Shown here piece after piece: positions 1-7,550 of a stretch of 54,165 bases of DNA. Position 1 is the stretch's first letter. Each line of letters begins with the position of its first letter. The DNA comes from a virus, in the IMG/VR virus record IMGVR_UViG_3300045988_087855. One strand, written 5' to 3'. The notes beneath the pieces are model-generated. The model was given only the letters and a program-made list of their open reading frames with translations, did no database searches and was not told the DNA's origin. Position numbers and translations under genes: made by a program.

Positions 1-45
1 GGGGGATTCGAACCCCCGATTCCCTTTAGGGGAATACACGCTTTC
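1..45. repeat. att core, left copy: 45-bp direct repeat identical to 54121-54165
   Basis: 45/45 identity read by eye between window start and window end. The reverse complement is a tRNA T-arm (GGGGG-TTCGAAT-CCCCC), a long variable arm and the 3' anticodon-stem strand. Both copies touch window edges, so 45 bp is a minimum length. Confidence 0.9.
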
Positions 46-88
46 CAGGCGTGCCATACCGCTTTGTAACCTTTCTGATTCTCAACTA
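1..88 (-). pseudogene. tRNA-Ser-like remnant at the left junction (displaced tRNA 3' segment plus a tRNA-like phage arm)
   Basis: The minus strand reads CACGC-CTGGAAA-GCGTG (anticodon stem-loop, GGA), then variable arm ATTCCC-CTAA-AGGGAAT, then the T-arm. The D-arm/acceptor region (46-88, AGAAAGGTTACAAAGCGGTATGG) does not fold canonically. The acceptor 3' end lies outside the window. Confidence 0.45.
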
Positions 89-89
89 T

Positions 90-416
90 TTATAAACTCA
101 CATTCTCGGACTTGCACGCATTTTGCACGCTTTCGCCCGAAATTATATGGTTGTCAGCCTCCAGCAAAGCACCCTCGCCAAGGAGGAGCCAGCGTGCAGA
201 GACACCATAATCACGCACCAGATACGAGAGCCAGGCAACCTGGAACAGGTCGCGATTCGGCTCCTTCTCGCAGGTGTTCATGTTCCACCGATTTATGCCA
301 TAGCGGTCGGTGAAGGTCTTCTTGCCACGGATGATATGCAGCTCCTTCAGAAACTGAAGAGCAACGAAGAAGCGATGCACAACACGAGCGGAATCATTAC
401 TTTGCATAAGCCACAC
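90..416 (-). CDS. CI-repressor-type HTH DNA-binding protein (putative)
   Basis: 108-aa ORF. The segment YGVSARWLLLGEGAL resembles the characteristic end of phage CI-type HTH domains (WLxxGEG). It is the last gene of the leftward operon headed by the XRE repressor. Confidence 0.55.
   Translation of the reverse strand: MWLMQSNDSARVVHRFFVALQFLKELHIIRGKKTFTDRYGINRWNMNTCEKEPNRDLFQVAWLSYLVRDYGVSARWLLLGEGALLEADNHIISGESVQNACKSENVSL
112..133 (+). repeat. two tandem 11-bp units TTGCACGCATT / TTGCACGCTTT (candidate integrase arm-type sites, left arm)
   Basis: Read directly. The same unit occurs in tandem at 54010-54042 in the same orientation. Confidence 0.5.
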
Positions 417-422
417 ATTAAT

Positions 423-749
423 TTATTGTTCGTCATCTTCGCCACCGAAGACCTCCCCATTGTTGATGGAGACCTCGACTTTGTCCCACTTGTCGCTCAT
501 TTCGGGATATTCAGAGCGAAGGACGGAAAGGGCGTGGCGACGATTTGCCACCAGAGTCTCGCCATCAAGACCAGTGGCAACATTTACCAAGGAGTCAATA
601 TATTTCTCGTGCTTCATTTGGGAAGCCTCGGATTCACGCATTTCTTTCTCGAAAGATTCCTGCGCAGCTTGCTCGGGACTTTTGGAATTACAAGACACCA
701 GCAGGCAAAAGCCAACCAACAAGCCGAGAGAAAACAAACACTTTTTCAT
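423..749 (-). CDS. lipoprotein (prophage-encoded, lysogeny operon)
   Basis: The N-terminus MKKCLFSLGLLVGFCLLVSC is a signal peptide plus lipobox Cys. The ORF overlaps the upstream ORF by 4 nt (746-749). Confidence 0.7.
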   Translation of the reverse strand: MKKCLFSLGLLVGFCLLVSCNSKSPEQAAQESFEKEMRESEASQMKHEKYIDSLVNVATGLDGETLVANRRHALSVLRSEYPEMSDKWDKVEVSINNGEVFGGEDDEQ

Positions 750-1138
750 AATTCACTTTTTCCATTTAACATTATTGCCTTAGCTAACCTTTTTTCAAGA
801 CGAGCAAAAGGAGAATCATACACGTTTGCATCATGGCGATGAGATAAACCAAGAGATACAACCCTAATCTCGTCAGAAAAGCGTTTTTGCTTACGATACA
901 ACACCGCAAGACGTTCGATGCTATACATATAATCATTTATTCGAAGCAAAGGAGAAGACTCCCCATAAGAGACGCAACGTTCATAGAAACCAACAGCCGA
1001 ACCCACGTCCTTACATTTTTCTGACAAAATGCCATCATTTTGAAGAGAAGACACTACAGAAAACGCAGCCTCCCATTCTTTATTTTTACGAATGACTTCA
1101 CACAGCATACGAGGAGAGGCAAGGGAGAATTCGTTCAT
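746..1138 (-). CDS. hypothetical protein (lysogeny operon)
   Basis: 130-aa ORF, tightly coupled to its neighbours (1-nt and 4-nt overlaps). No motif recognised. Confidence 0.55.
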   Translation of the reverse strand: MNEFSLASPRMLCEVIRKNKEWEAAFSVVSSLQNDGILSEKCKDVGSAVGFYERCVSYGESSPLLRINDYMYSIERLAVLYRKQKRFSDEIRVVSLGLSHRHDANVYDSPFARLEKRLAKAIMLNGKSEL

Positions 1139-1491
1139 TACTCGCCTCCTTTCTTAGATTCCATCAAGGATAGCAATCTGTCGATTTGCTCGTCCTTCTT
1201 TTCAAGGAGACCCAAGAAACGCTCAGAAATGGTCGTTATTTGGTTTTGAGACCCCAAAACAGCCACCGAACTATCAGAAGCGTTTGCAACACTACCATTA
1301 TCGTTTGGATAGAAAAAACAAACGCTTTTGTTTGTAACACGAGCAATATCCTCCAGCAAACCACTTTTCACATTATCCGAGCGCAAGGCATTATGAAGCC
1401 TTTGGTCGCCCTCATAACCAAGCAACCGAGACAACTCAGCGAGCGAGATGCCCTCTGCTGCCAAAATTTCCTTTATTCTTTGTCCTGTCAT
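1138..1491 (-). CDS. XRE-family HTH transcriptional repressor (CI-like)
   Basis: N-terminus MTGQRIKEILAAEGISLAELSRLLGYEG is a typical XRE helix-turn-helix. It is divergent from the early rightward genes across a 200-bp AT-rich region. Confidence 0.8.
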   Translation of the reverse strand: MTGQRIKEILAAEGISLAELSRLLGYEGDQRLHNALRSDNVKSGLLEDIARVTNKSVCFFYPNDNGSVANASDSSVAVLGSQNQITTISERFLGLLEKKDEQIDRLLSLMESKKGGE

Positions 1492-1603
1492 AACCCTTTA
1501 TCAATCAATCAGTTAAACAATAAGCCTTATTTTGATAAGACTTTTTAACACACAAAAATGAAAGAAACACACGAAATAGTTTGGTTATACAAACGTTTTT
1601 GTG

Positions 1604-1611
1604 TATCTTTG
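1604..1611 (+). promoter_or_regulatory. Bacteroidota-type -7 promoter box TATCTTTG (early rightward promoter candidate)
   Basis: Matches TAnnTTTG. It lies 83 nt upstream of the ATG at 1694, inside the divergent switch region, flanked by ACACAC/GTGTGT motifs. Confidence 0.45.
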
Positions 1612-1693
1612 CACACAGATAACGAAAGTAATTCCGTTACGACAAACAAAAATAAAGAAAAAAGTTGAAATAACCAAATAAAAAAGGAGAAAA

Positions 1694-1927
1694 ATGACAG
1701 AAATCGACTTATTGACTCCAATCGAAAGAAAGCGAAAGGAGCGCAACGAGAGCATCATCGCAGAGTTCAAGGAGCTGATGCCAGAGTTCAGAGCCAAGGG
1801 CTACAAGCCCTACAGGGTATTCCAAGTCCTGGCAAAGAAGTACGGAATGACGACACCTGGAGTCCGCTTTGTTTTGGTGGGCGCAGGGGTTTACACATCA
1901 GCGGACGAAACAAGTAAATCAACTTAA
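1694..1927 (+). CDS. small early protein in the Cro position (hypothetical)
   Basis: 77-aa ORF with AGGAGA 8 nt upstream of the ATG. It is the first rightward gene opposite the repressor. Confidence 0.6.
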   Translation: MTEIDLLTPIERKRKERNESIIAEFKELMPEFRAKGYKPYRVFQVLAKKYGMTTPGVRFVLVGAGVYTSADETSKST

Positions 1928-1949
1928 CAAAAACAAGGAGGGAAAGACA

Positions 1950-2162
1950 ATGAAAAGAGCAGAGAACATCATCATGTGGATTGGGGCGATTGCCTGCCTT
2001 GTCTTCGGCATCACGCAGACGGCAGCGGCACTCATCAGAGGCGAGTGGTTCGTAGCCTTTTGCTTTGCGGCAATGATAGCAATCAGCAAGGGAATGATGC
2101 AAGCCCTGGACGCAGAGAGCAGAAAGGAGGAAGGCAATGACGGAGAGCAAACCGAACGTTAA
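1950..2162 (+). CDS. small membrane protein (hypothetical)
   Basis: Internal ATG of ORF 1869-2162, preceded by GGAGGG. Hydrophobic segments IIMWIGAIACLVFGI and WFVAFCFAAMIAI. Confidence 0.5.
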   Translation: MKRAENIIMWIGAIACLVFGITQTAAALIRGEWFVAFCFAAMIAISKGMMQALDAESRKEEGNDGEQTER

Positions 2163-2334
2163 CCCAGCAGGGAGGTACACCATCGCAAAGACCTGCGAGA
2201 TTCTCGGAATCAACCGCAGCACGCTCCTCCGACACACCAAGGCAGGGCACATAAAAGCCCAGCGAAGGAAGAGCACCAACCGACCTTTTTACACAGGGCT
2301 GGAGATAGTGAAATTTTGGCAAGTAGCCATCTAA
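2137..2334 (+). CDS. HTH DNA-binding protein, excisionase/MerR-like
   Basis: 65 aa. YTIAKTCEILGINRSTLLRHTKAGHI is a typical Xis-family HTH. Confidence 0.6.
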   Translation: MTESKPNVNPAGRYTIAKTCEILGINRSTLLRHTKAGHIKAQRRKSTNRPFYTGLEIVKFWQVAI

Positions 2335-2353
2335 CATAAGTTTAACATTCAAA
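2332..2353 (+). repeat. 22-bp junction repeat TAACATAAGTTTAACATTCAAA (copy 1)
   Basis: Exact copy at 7518-7539. Both copies start with the stop codon of the upstream gene. Confidence 0.8.
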
Positions 2354-2364
2354 TTTTAGGAATT

Positions 2365-2775
2365 ATGGGATTTTTTAGCAAGAAAGTGTTCAAGAACAAC
2401 AATGAGAACACAAGTGAGCAAGAGGCTCAAAAGAGAGTGAACGAAGACGGTTCTGAGTGGATGCAGAAAGCATACGAAACCTGCAAATCGTTCAACGACG
2501 AGGATATGGGGGGGCAAGACGCACCGAAGCGAGCACGCCTCTACATCGCAGCGGAGGGCAACGAGGAAAACACATTCCTTACAGCTTCAATCGTAGCAAC
2601 CAACAAGTCACTGCTTCTCAACTCCCTGGTGAAAGCAGCACAGCAGGACGAGTTCGCAGAGACACTCATCCTGGCGGCAGCTGCAAAGATTCGAGCCTTG
2701 AAACGAATCGAGGAAGACGAGAAGCTGCCTAAGGAGTTAAAGGACATTTTGAAGAAATTAATGGAAAACTTGTAG
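2365..2775 (+). CDS. hypothetical protein
   Basis: 136-aa ORF with the codon usage typical of the window. Confidence 0.6.
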   Translation: MGFFSKKVFKNNNENTSEQEAQKRVNEDGSEWMQKAYETCKSFNDEDMGGQDAPKRARLYIAAEGNEENTFLTASIVATNKSLLLNSLVKAAQQDEFAETLILAAAAKIRALKRIEEDEKLPKELKDILKKLMENL

Positions 2776-2779
2776 CAGC

Positions 2780-4759
2780 ATGAGAATCATTTTCAACACC
2801 ATCACCATGAAGAACTTCAAGGGAGTTCTCGGTGAGAGAAAGATAGAGTTCAACAACACGCTCACCCAGATCATGGGAGCGAACCACGCAGGCAAGACCA
2901 CAATCGTGGATGCGGTGCAGTGGGTACTCTTCGACAAGAACAGCGAGGGGGCATCGGTATTCGGCATCGACCCGAAGGACGAGAACGGAAACATCATCCA
3001 CAACTTGGATAACAGCGTGACGCTCGAACTGACGGCAGACGGAACCAGCCACACCATCGAGAAGGTCAGAACCGAGACCTGGCAAAAGCCGAAGGGCAAA
3101 GAAGAGAAGGAGCTGACAGGACATACGAACAAGTACTTCATCGACGGCAACAAGCAGACGCAGAAGGATTACAAGAACTTCGTGGATAGTTTGATTAAGG
3201 AGGACTTATTCAAGGTGCTGACGATTCCTTCATACTTCCCGACATTGCCAGCAGACAACCAGCGAAAGCTCCTCACGAAGATGGTCGGCATCACCACGGA
3301 CGAGGACATCGCAGGAGACAACAAGGACTTCACGGAACTCCTCCATGAGATGGGAGGCGAGGACATCGCCAAGTTCAGAGAGCAGCTCCGATACAAGATA
3401 TCCCAGCTCAAGCAAGAGATAGCGGACATACCGAGCCGCATCAACGAGAACACGGAAGAGCTGGAGGCACTCAATGCCAGCAAGCCGAACTTCGACTTGA
3501 CCCGAGAGCGAATCAAGCAAATCGAGATAGGCATCGAGAACATCGACAAGGAGCTGGCTGACCTCAGCAAGACCGTGGACGATGAGTTCAACGAGCGAAC
3601 CAAGGAGCGCACGGAGATAAATAAGCTGAAACAGCAAATGCAATCCATCGCCCAGAGCTACCAAGACAAGAACACCACGCTGGAGCGAGAGCACAAGAAG
3701 AGAATCACCGATGCCCAGTACGCTGTCGATTCCACACAGAGAGCCATCAAGAACGCCAAGACGAACATAGAGAACAGCCAGGCGCAACTCAACAAGATAG
3801 CCATCGACACAAATGACTTCCAAAGACGATGGACAGAGCTCGACCAAACGACCTTCTCATTCGACAACAAGCTGGAGTATTGCCCGACCTGCAAGCAGAG
3901 ACTCCCACAGGAGGACATCGACAAGATGCGTAAGGAGTTGAACGGCAACTTCAACCAGCATAAGAGCGAGCAATTCGACTTACTCGAGCAGGAGGCTGCG
4001 AGAATCAAGAAGCGCAAGGCTGACGCAGAGGCAACCATCAAGACAGACAAGGACAAGCTGACCAAGCTGGAGGAACAACTGAAGAAAGAACAGCAGGAAC
4101 TCCAGCAGGCGAACGAGGCTAAGGTGCAGCTCTCCTACCCAACCGAGAGCGAGGAATACAACCAGCTGCAGGCAGAGGTTCAGACAAGAACAGCGGCACT
4201 CGATGCAAGACAGGAAGCCAACACCACCGACACGCAGGAGAAGCAAGAGGCAACCCTTCGTCAGCGCAAGGCAGAGCAGAACCAGCTGAGAGACAACCTC
4301 AGAGACGAGCTCGCCAAGGAGCAGCAGATAGCCAACAAGCAGAAGCGCATCGCTGACCTCACGGAGAAGCAGAAGACGCTGAACCAGCAACTGACAGACC
4401 TGGAGAAGAAGGACTTCACGGCAGAGCAGTTCACGCTCGCCAAGATTAACGACTTGGAGACGAAGGTCAACCAGCTCTTCACAAACGTGCAGTTCAAGAT
4501 GTTCGAGACCTTCACCACCACCAGCGGAATCAAGCCAACCTGCGAGTGTACCATGCACGGAACCCCATACCGAGACCTATCGGCAAGCGAGAAGATAAAC
4601 GCAGGCATCGACATCATCAACGCCATGTGCCTCTACAACGACACCTACGCACCGATGTTCATCGACAACGCAGAGAGCATCACGGACATCCTGCCGACAC
4701 GCAGCCAGCAGATACTCCTCATCGTTTCGAGAGACAAGGAGCTAACAATAATTCAATAA
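2780..4759 (+). CDS. SbcC/Rad50-like SMC-family ATPase (recombination module)
   Basis: Walker A GANHAGKTT near the N-terminus. Very long K/E/Q-rich coiled coil with a central CPTC hook-like motif. C-terminal PMFIDNAES is a Walker B-like block. Confidence 0.75.
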   Translation: MRIIFNTITMKNFKGVLGERKIEFNNTLTQIMGANHAGKTTIVDAVQWVLFDKNSEGASVFGIDPKDENGNIIHNLDNSVTLELTADGTSHTIEKVRTETWQKPKGKEEKELTGHTNKYFIDGNKQTQKDYKNFVDSLIKEDLFKVLTIPSYFPTLPADNQRKLLTKMVGITTDEDIAGDNKDFTELLHEMGGEDIAKFREQLRYKISQLKQEIADIPSRINENTEELEALNASKPNFDLTRERIKQIEIGIENIDKELADLSKTVDDEFNERTKERTEINKLKQQMQSIAQSYQDKNTTLEREHKKRITDAQYAVDSTQRAIKNAKTNIENSQAQLNKIAIDTNDFQRRWTELDQTTFSFDNKLEYCPTCKQRLPQEDIDKMRKELNGNFNQHKSEQFDLLEQEAARIKKRKADAEATIKTDKDKLTKLEEQLKKEQQELQQANEAKVQLSYPTESEEYNQLQAEVQTRTAALDARQEANTTDTQEKQEATLRQRKAEQNQLRDNLRDELAKEQQIANKQKRIADLTEKQKTLNQQLTDLEKKDFTAEQFTLAKINDLETKVNQLFTNVQFKMFETFTTTSGIKPTCECTMHGTPYRDLSASEKINAGIDIINAMCLYNDTYAPMFIDNAESITDILPTRSQQILLIVSRDKELTIIQ

Positions 4760-4778
4760 TTTTAAACGCAAAGTGATT

Positions 4779-5741
4779 ATGACACAAACATCACAGCAAG
4801 GAGGAACGCAGCAGCCTCAGACGCAGCTGACCTCACAGAACCAGACCGCACTCAAGAGAATGCAGGAAGAGACAACGCAGCAGATACTCGACAAGGTGAA
4901 CTGCTGGCAAGAGACAGGAGAGCTAATTCTGCCAAAGGACTACAAGGTCGGGAACGCAATCAAGCTCGCATGGCTTTACTTGCAGACCGTGGAAGACCGA
5001 AGCCACAGAAAGGCAATCGACGTATGCACCAAGGACAGCATCTGCAACGCCCTGCTCGACATGGTACTCCATGGAGAATACCCGAAGAAACATTGCTACT
5101 TCATCGTTTACGCAGACCGCCTGGAGTGGAACGAGCGATACCTTGGCAAGTACATGAGAGCCAAGCGAGACACCGAGATAGAGGCAGTGTACCCACAAGT
5201 GGTGTACCAGGGCGACGAGTTCGTCTACACTATCGACGAGCTGGGACAATACCAACTTGTGAAACACGTTCCGAACCTCGACAACCTCGATATCACCAAG
5301 ATTAAGGCAGCATACGCCATCGTGGTCAACAAGGACAAGACACGCCACATGGAGATTATGACGCTCGACCAGATCAAGAAGTCATGGATGCAGGGAGCCG
5401 CCAAGGGAACCAGCGGTGCGCACACCAACTTCACCGACCAGATGTGCAAGAAGACCGTCATGGCGAGAGCCTGCAAGATTGCACTCGACAGCCAGGCAGA
5501 CTTCTCTGAAGACGAGGATGACAACCGCAGAGACGAGGCAACCGCAGAACGAGACGCAGCCCAGCAAAGACAGGTAGCCGAGGCGGAAGCCGTGGAGGTT
5601 CACGATGAGGAAGCACCGAAGGGCATCGAGGCGAAGACAAACTACATCGACATGAACGTCAGTAACCAGCCAGAGGCAGAGGCAATACCAGCAGGATCTG
5701 GTGAGCAGCCAGCCGCAAGCGGAAGGGCATGCCCAATCTAA
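4779..5741 (+). CDS. recT: RecT-family single-strand annealing protein
   Basis: RecT-like blocks (YFIVY...LEWNERYLG, TNFTDQMCKKTVMARACK) followed by an acidic C-terminal tail. ATG at 4779 is preferred over GTG at 4773. Confidence 0.7.
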   Translation: MTQTSQQGGTQQPQTQLTSQNQTALKRMQEETTQQILDKVNCWQETGELILPKDYKVGNAIKLAWLYLQTVEDRSHRKAIDVCTKDSICNALLDMVLHGEYPKKHCYFIVYADRLEWNERYLGKYMRAKRDTEIEAVYPQVVYQGDEFVYTIDELGQYQLVKHVPNLDNLDITKIKAAYAIVVNKDKTRHMEIMTLDQIKKSWMQGAAKGTSGAHTNFTDQMCKKTVMARACKIALDSQADFSEDEDDNRRDEATAERDAAQQRQVAEAEAVEVHDEEAPKGIEAKTNYIDMNVSNQPEAEAIPAGSGEQPAASGRACPI

Positions 5742-5760
5742 ATGACAGGAGGGAAGAGCG

Positions 5761-6498
5761 ATGAGAATGACAATCCTCGGAAGCAGCAGCAAGGGAAACT
5801 GCTACGTCTTGCAGAACGACAGCGAGGCAATCATCATAGAGGCAGGCGTGAAGCTCTCGGAGGTCAAGAAGGCACTCGGATGGAACACGGCAAAGGTGAA
5901 GGTTTGCATCATCAGCCACCGCCACAACGACCACGCAGGACACGCAGCCGAATACGAGAAGGCAGGAATACCGCTGCTGGCTCTCCCCTCGGTCATCGAA
6001 GCCAAGGAACTGAGAGCAGTGACAAGCACCCCGATAAAGATGGGCAACGGCTACATCTACGGAGGCTTCAAGATTCTGCCCTTCGAGGTCAAGCACGACG
6101 TGCCATGCGTCGGGTACCTCATAGAGCACCAGGAGACAGGGCGCATCCTGTTCTTCACGGACACCTACGCAATGCCCTACAACTTCCCGAACATCACGCA
6201 CTGGATGGCAGAGGCGAACTACAGCGACGAGATACTCGATGACAACGTGCTCAACGGAAGGGTGCCAGCAGCACTCAGACGAAGGGTGATAACGAGCCAC
6301 ATGAGCATAGACAACGCCATCGGTATCTTGAAGCGACAAGACCTCACGGCAACGAGGGACATCCTGCTGATACACCTCTCGGACGGCAACAGCAACGAGA
6401 AGGAGTTCATCACCAAGGTACGCAGGGCGACAGGAAAGAAAACAAGAGCCGCAGCACCAGGAATGGAGCTGGACTACAACAAGAACATTCAAATTTAA
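5761..6498 (+). CDS. metallo-beta-lactamase-fold hydrolase/nuclease
   Basis: N-terminal MTILGSSSKGNCY and the HxHxDH motif SHRHNDHAGH. Confidence 0.8.
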   Translation: MRMTILGSSSKGNCYVLQNDSEAIIIEAGVKLSEVKKALGWNTAKVKVCIISHRHNDHAGHAAEYEKAGIPLLALPSVIEAKELRAVTSTPIKMGNGYIYGGFKILPFEVKHDVPCVGYLIEHQETGRILFFTDTYAMPYNFPNITHWMAEANYSDEILDDNVLNGRVPAALRRRVITSHMSIDNAIGILKRQDLTATRDILLIHLSDGNSNEKEFITKVRRATGKKTRAAAPGMELDYNKNIQI

Positions 6499-6504
6499 AT
6501 AAAA

Positions 6505-7098
6505 ATGGAAAAGGAACAGATTATCAAAATCGCAGTCCCAGCAGGCAAGAAAGCCGAATGGGTGGATGGCTTTTTGAAACTCGTGGACAACGAGGAAGCC
6601 AAGGAGAAGAAACCAGTCACAGAACGAGTAAAGACCTTCGATGATGCCTGCAAGGAGCTGGGCATCGACGCAGAGGCAATCCAGCAGCAATGGCAGGACG
6701 CAGGAATCACCATGCTGGACGAAGTGGCATACCAGAAGCTCCGCATCATCACCGCAGCACTCAACGAGGGATGGGAGCCAGAGTTCAAGGAGGACGAGTA
6801 CAGATACTACCCTTACTGCATTCTTTACACCAAGGCGGAAATCGAGCAGAAGGATGATGAGTGGAAGGACGAGTACAACCTACAGCTGGGGCTTGGTGGC
6901 GGCTCCTCGTCCTACGGTGCGTCTTGCGGTCTCGCTTCTGCGACCTCGCGCCACGCCTGGTCGCCTGCGTCTGCGCCCCTCTCGGCTCGGCTTGCACACA
7001 AGACAGAAGAGCTGGCAATCTACAGCGGAAAGCAGTTCACGGAGTTATGGGCTAACTACTACACAGGAAAGGAGGTTCAGTCATGGAGAAATTCATAG
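6505..7098 (+). CDS. remote DGR target protein (contains VR2), function unknown
   Basis: 197-aa ORF. Residues LGGGSSSYGASCGLASATSRHAWSPASAPLSARL are encoded by a 112-nt copy of the DGR template repeat in which nearly all differences fall at TR adenines. Confidence 0.8.
   Translation: MEKEQIIKIAVPAGKKAEWVDGFLKLVDNEEAKEKKPVTERVKTFDDACKELGIDAEAIQQQWQDAGITMLDEVAYQKLRIITAALNEGWEPEFKEDEYRYYPYCILYTKAEIEQKDDEWKDEYNLQLGLGGGSSSYGASCGLASATSRHAWSPASAPLSARLAHKTEELAIYSGKQFTELWANYYTGKEVQSWRNS
6882..6993 (+). repeat. DGR variable repeat VR2 (remote)
   Basis: Gap-free hand alignment to TR 42464-42575. There are 22 differences at TR adenines and one non-A mismatch near the 5' end. The 3' end CTCGGCTCGGCTT is identical to VR1. 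Confidence 0.85.
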
Positions 7099-7520
7099 GA
7101 CAGGAATACACCGACCCACAGGAACGTGAGCAGTTTCTGAGAGACAACGCTGACGCAATCGAGAAGATGGGCTACAGCAAACCAATCCCAAGCGACCAAG
7201 TCGAGAAGTTGAAGGAAACCCTTGCGGACGCAAGCATCAAGAAGCTGGAGCTGGAGGAACAGAAGAAGGCGCAGACCCAGATGCTTAACGAGGAAATCAA
7301 AGGATACAAGAATACCATCAAGGAGGTGGCAGACAAGCTCAAGAGCAAGAGCGAGTACGTGAACGAGAACTGCTACAAGATGGTGGACGAGCAGACACGC
7401 CATGTCGGGTATTACAACAGCGACGGACTGCTGGTCTATGACAGAGCCGCACGCCAAGACGAGCTTCAGCCTCGCCTCTTCAAGATGACGGCACAGAAGA
7501 CAGGCACAGATGACAAGTAA
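7083..7520 (+). CDS. hypothetical protein
   Basis: 145-aa ORF that overlaps the upstream gene by 16 nt. Confidence 0.6.
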   Translation: MEKFIGQEYTDPQEREQFLRDNADAIEKMGYSKPIPSDQVEKLKETLADASIKKLELEEQKKAQTQMLNEEIKGYKNTIKEVADKLKSKSEYVNENCYKMVDEQTRHVGYYNSDGLLVYDRAARQDELQPRLFKMTAQKTGTDDK

Positions 7521-7539
7521 CATAAGTTTAACATTCAAA
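7518..7539 (+). repeat. 22-bp junction repeat TAACATAAGTTTAACATTCAAA (copy 2)
   Basis: Exact copy of 2332-2353. Confidence 0.8.
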
Positions 7540-7550
7540 AGAATTTCAAA

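Noticed and set aside
46-88. The left-end tRNA-like sequence, considered as a complete functional tRNA-Ser(GGA).
   Set aside because: The anticodon stem-loop is intact, but the D-arm (ACA...GGC) and the putative acceptor strand do not pair canonically. The acceptor strand also does not match the acceptor 3' strand seen at the right copy. The geometry (int next to the right copy) predicts that the functional tRNA lies at the right end, beyond the window.
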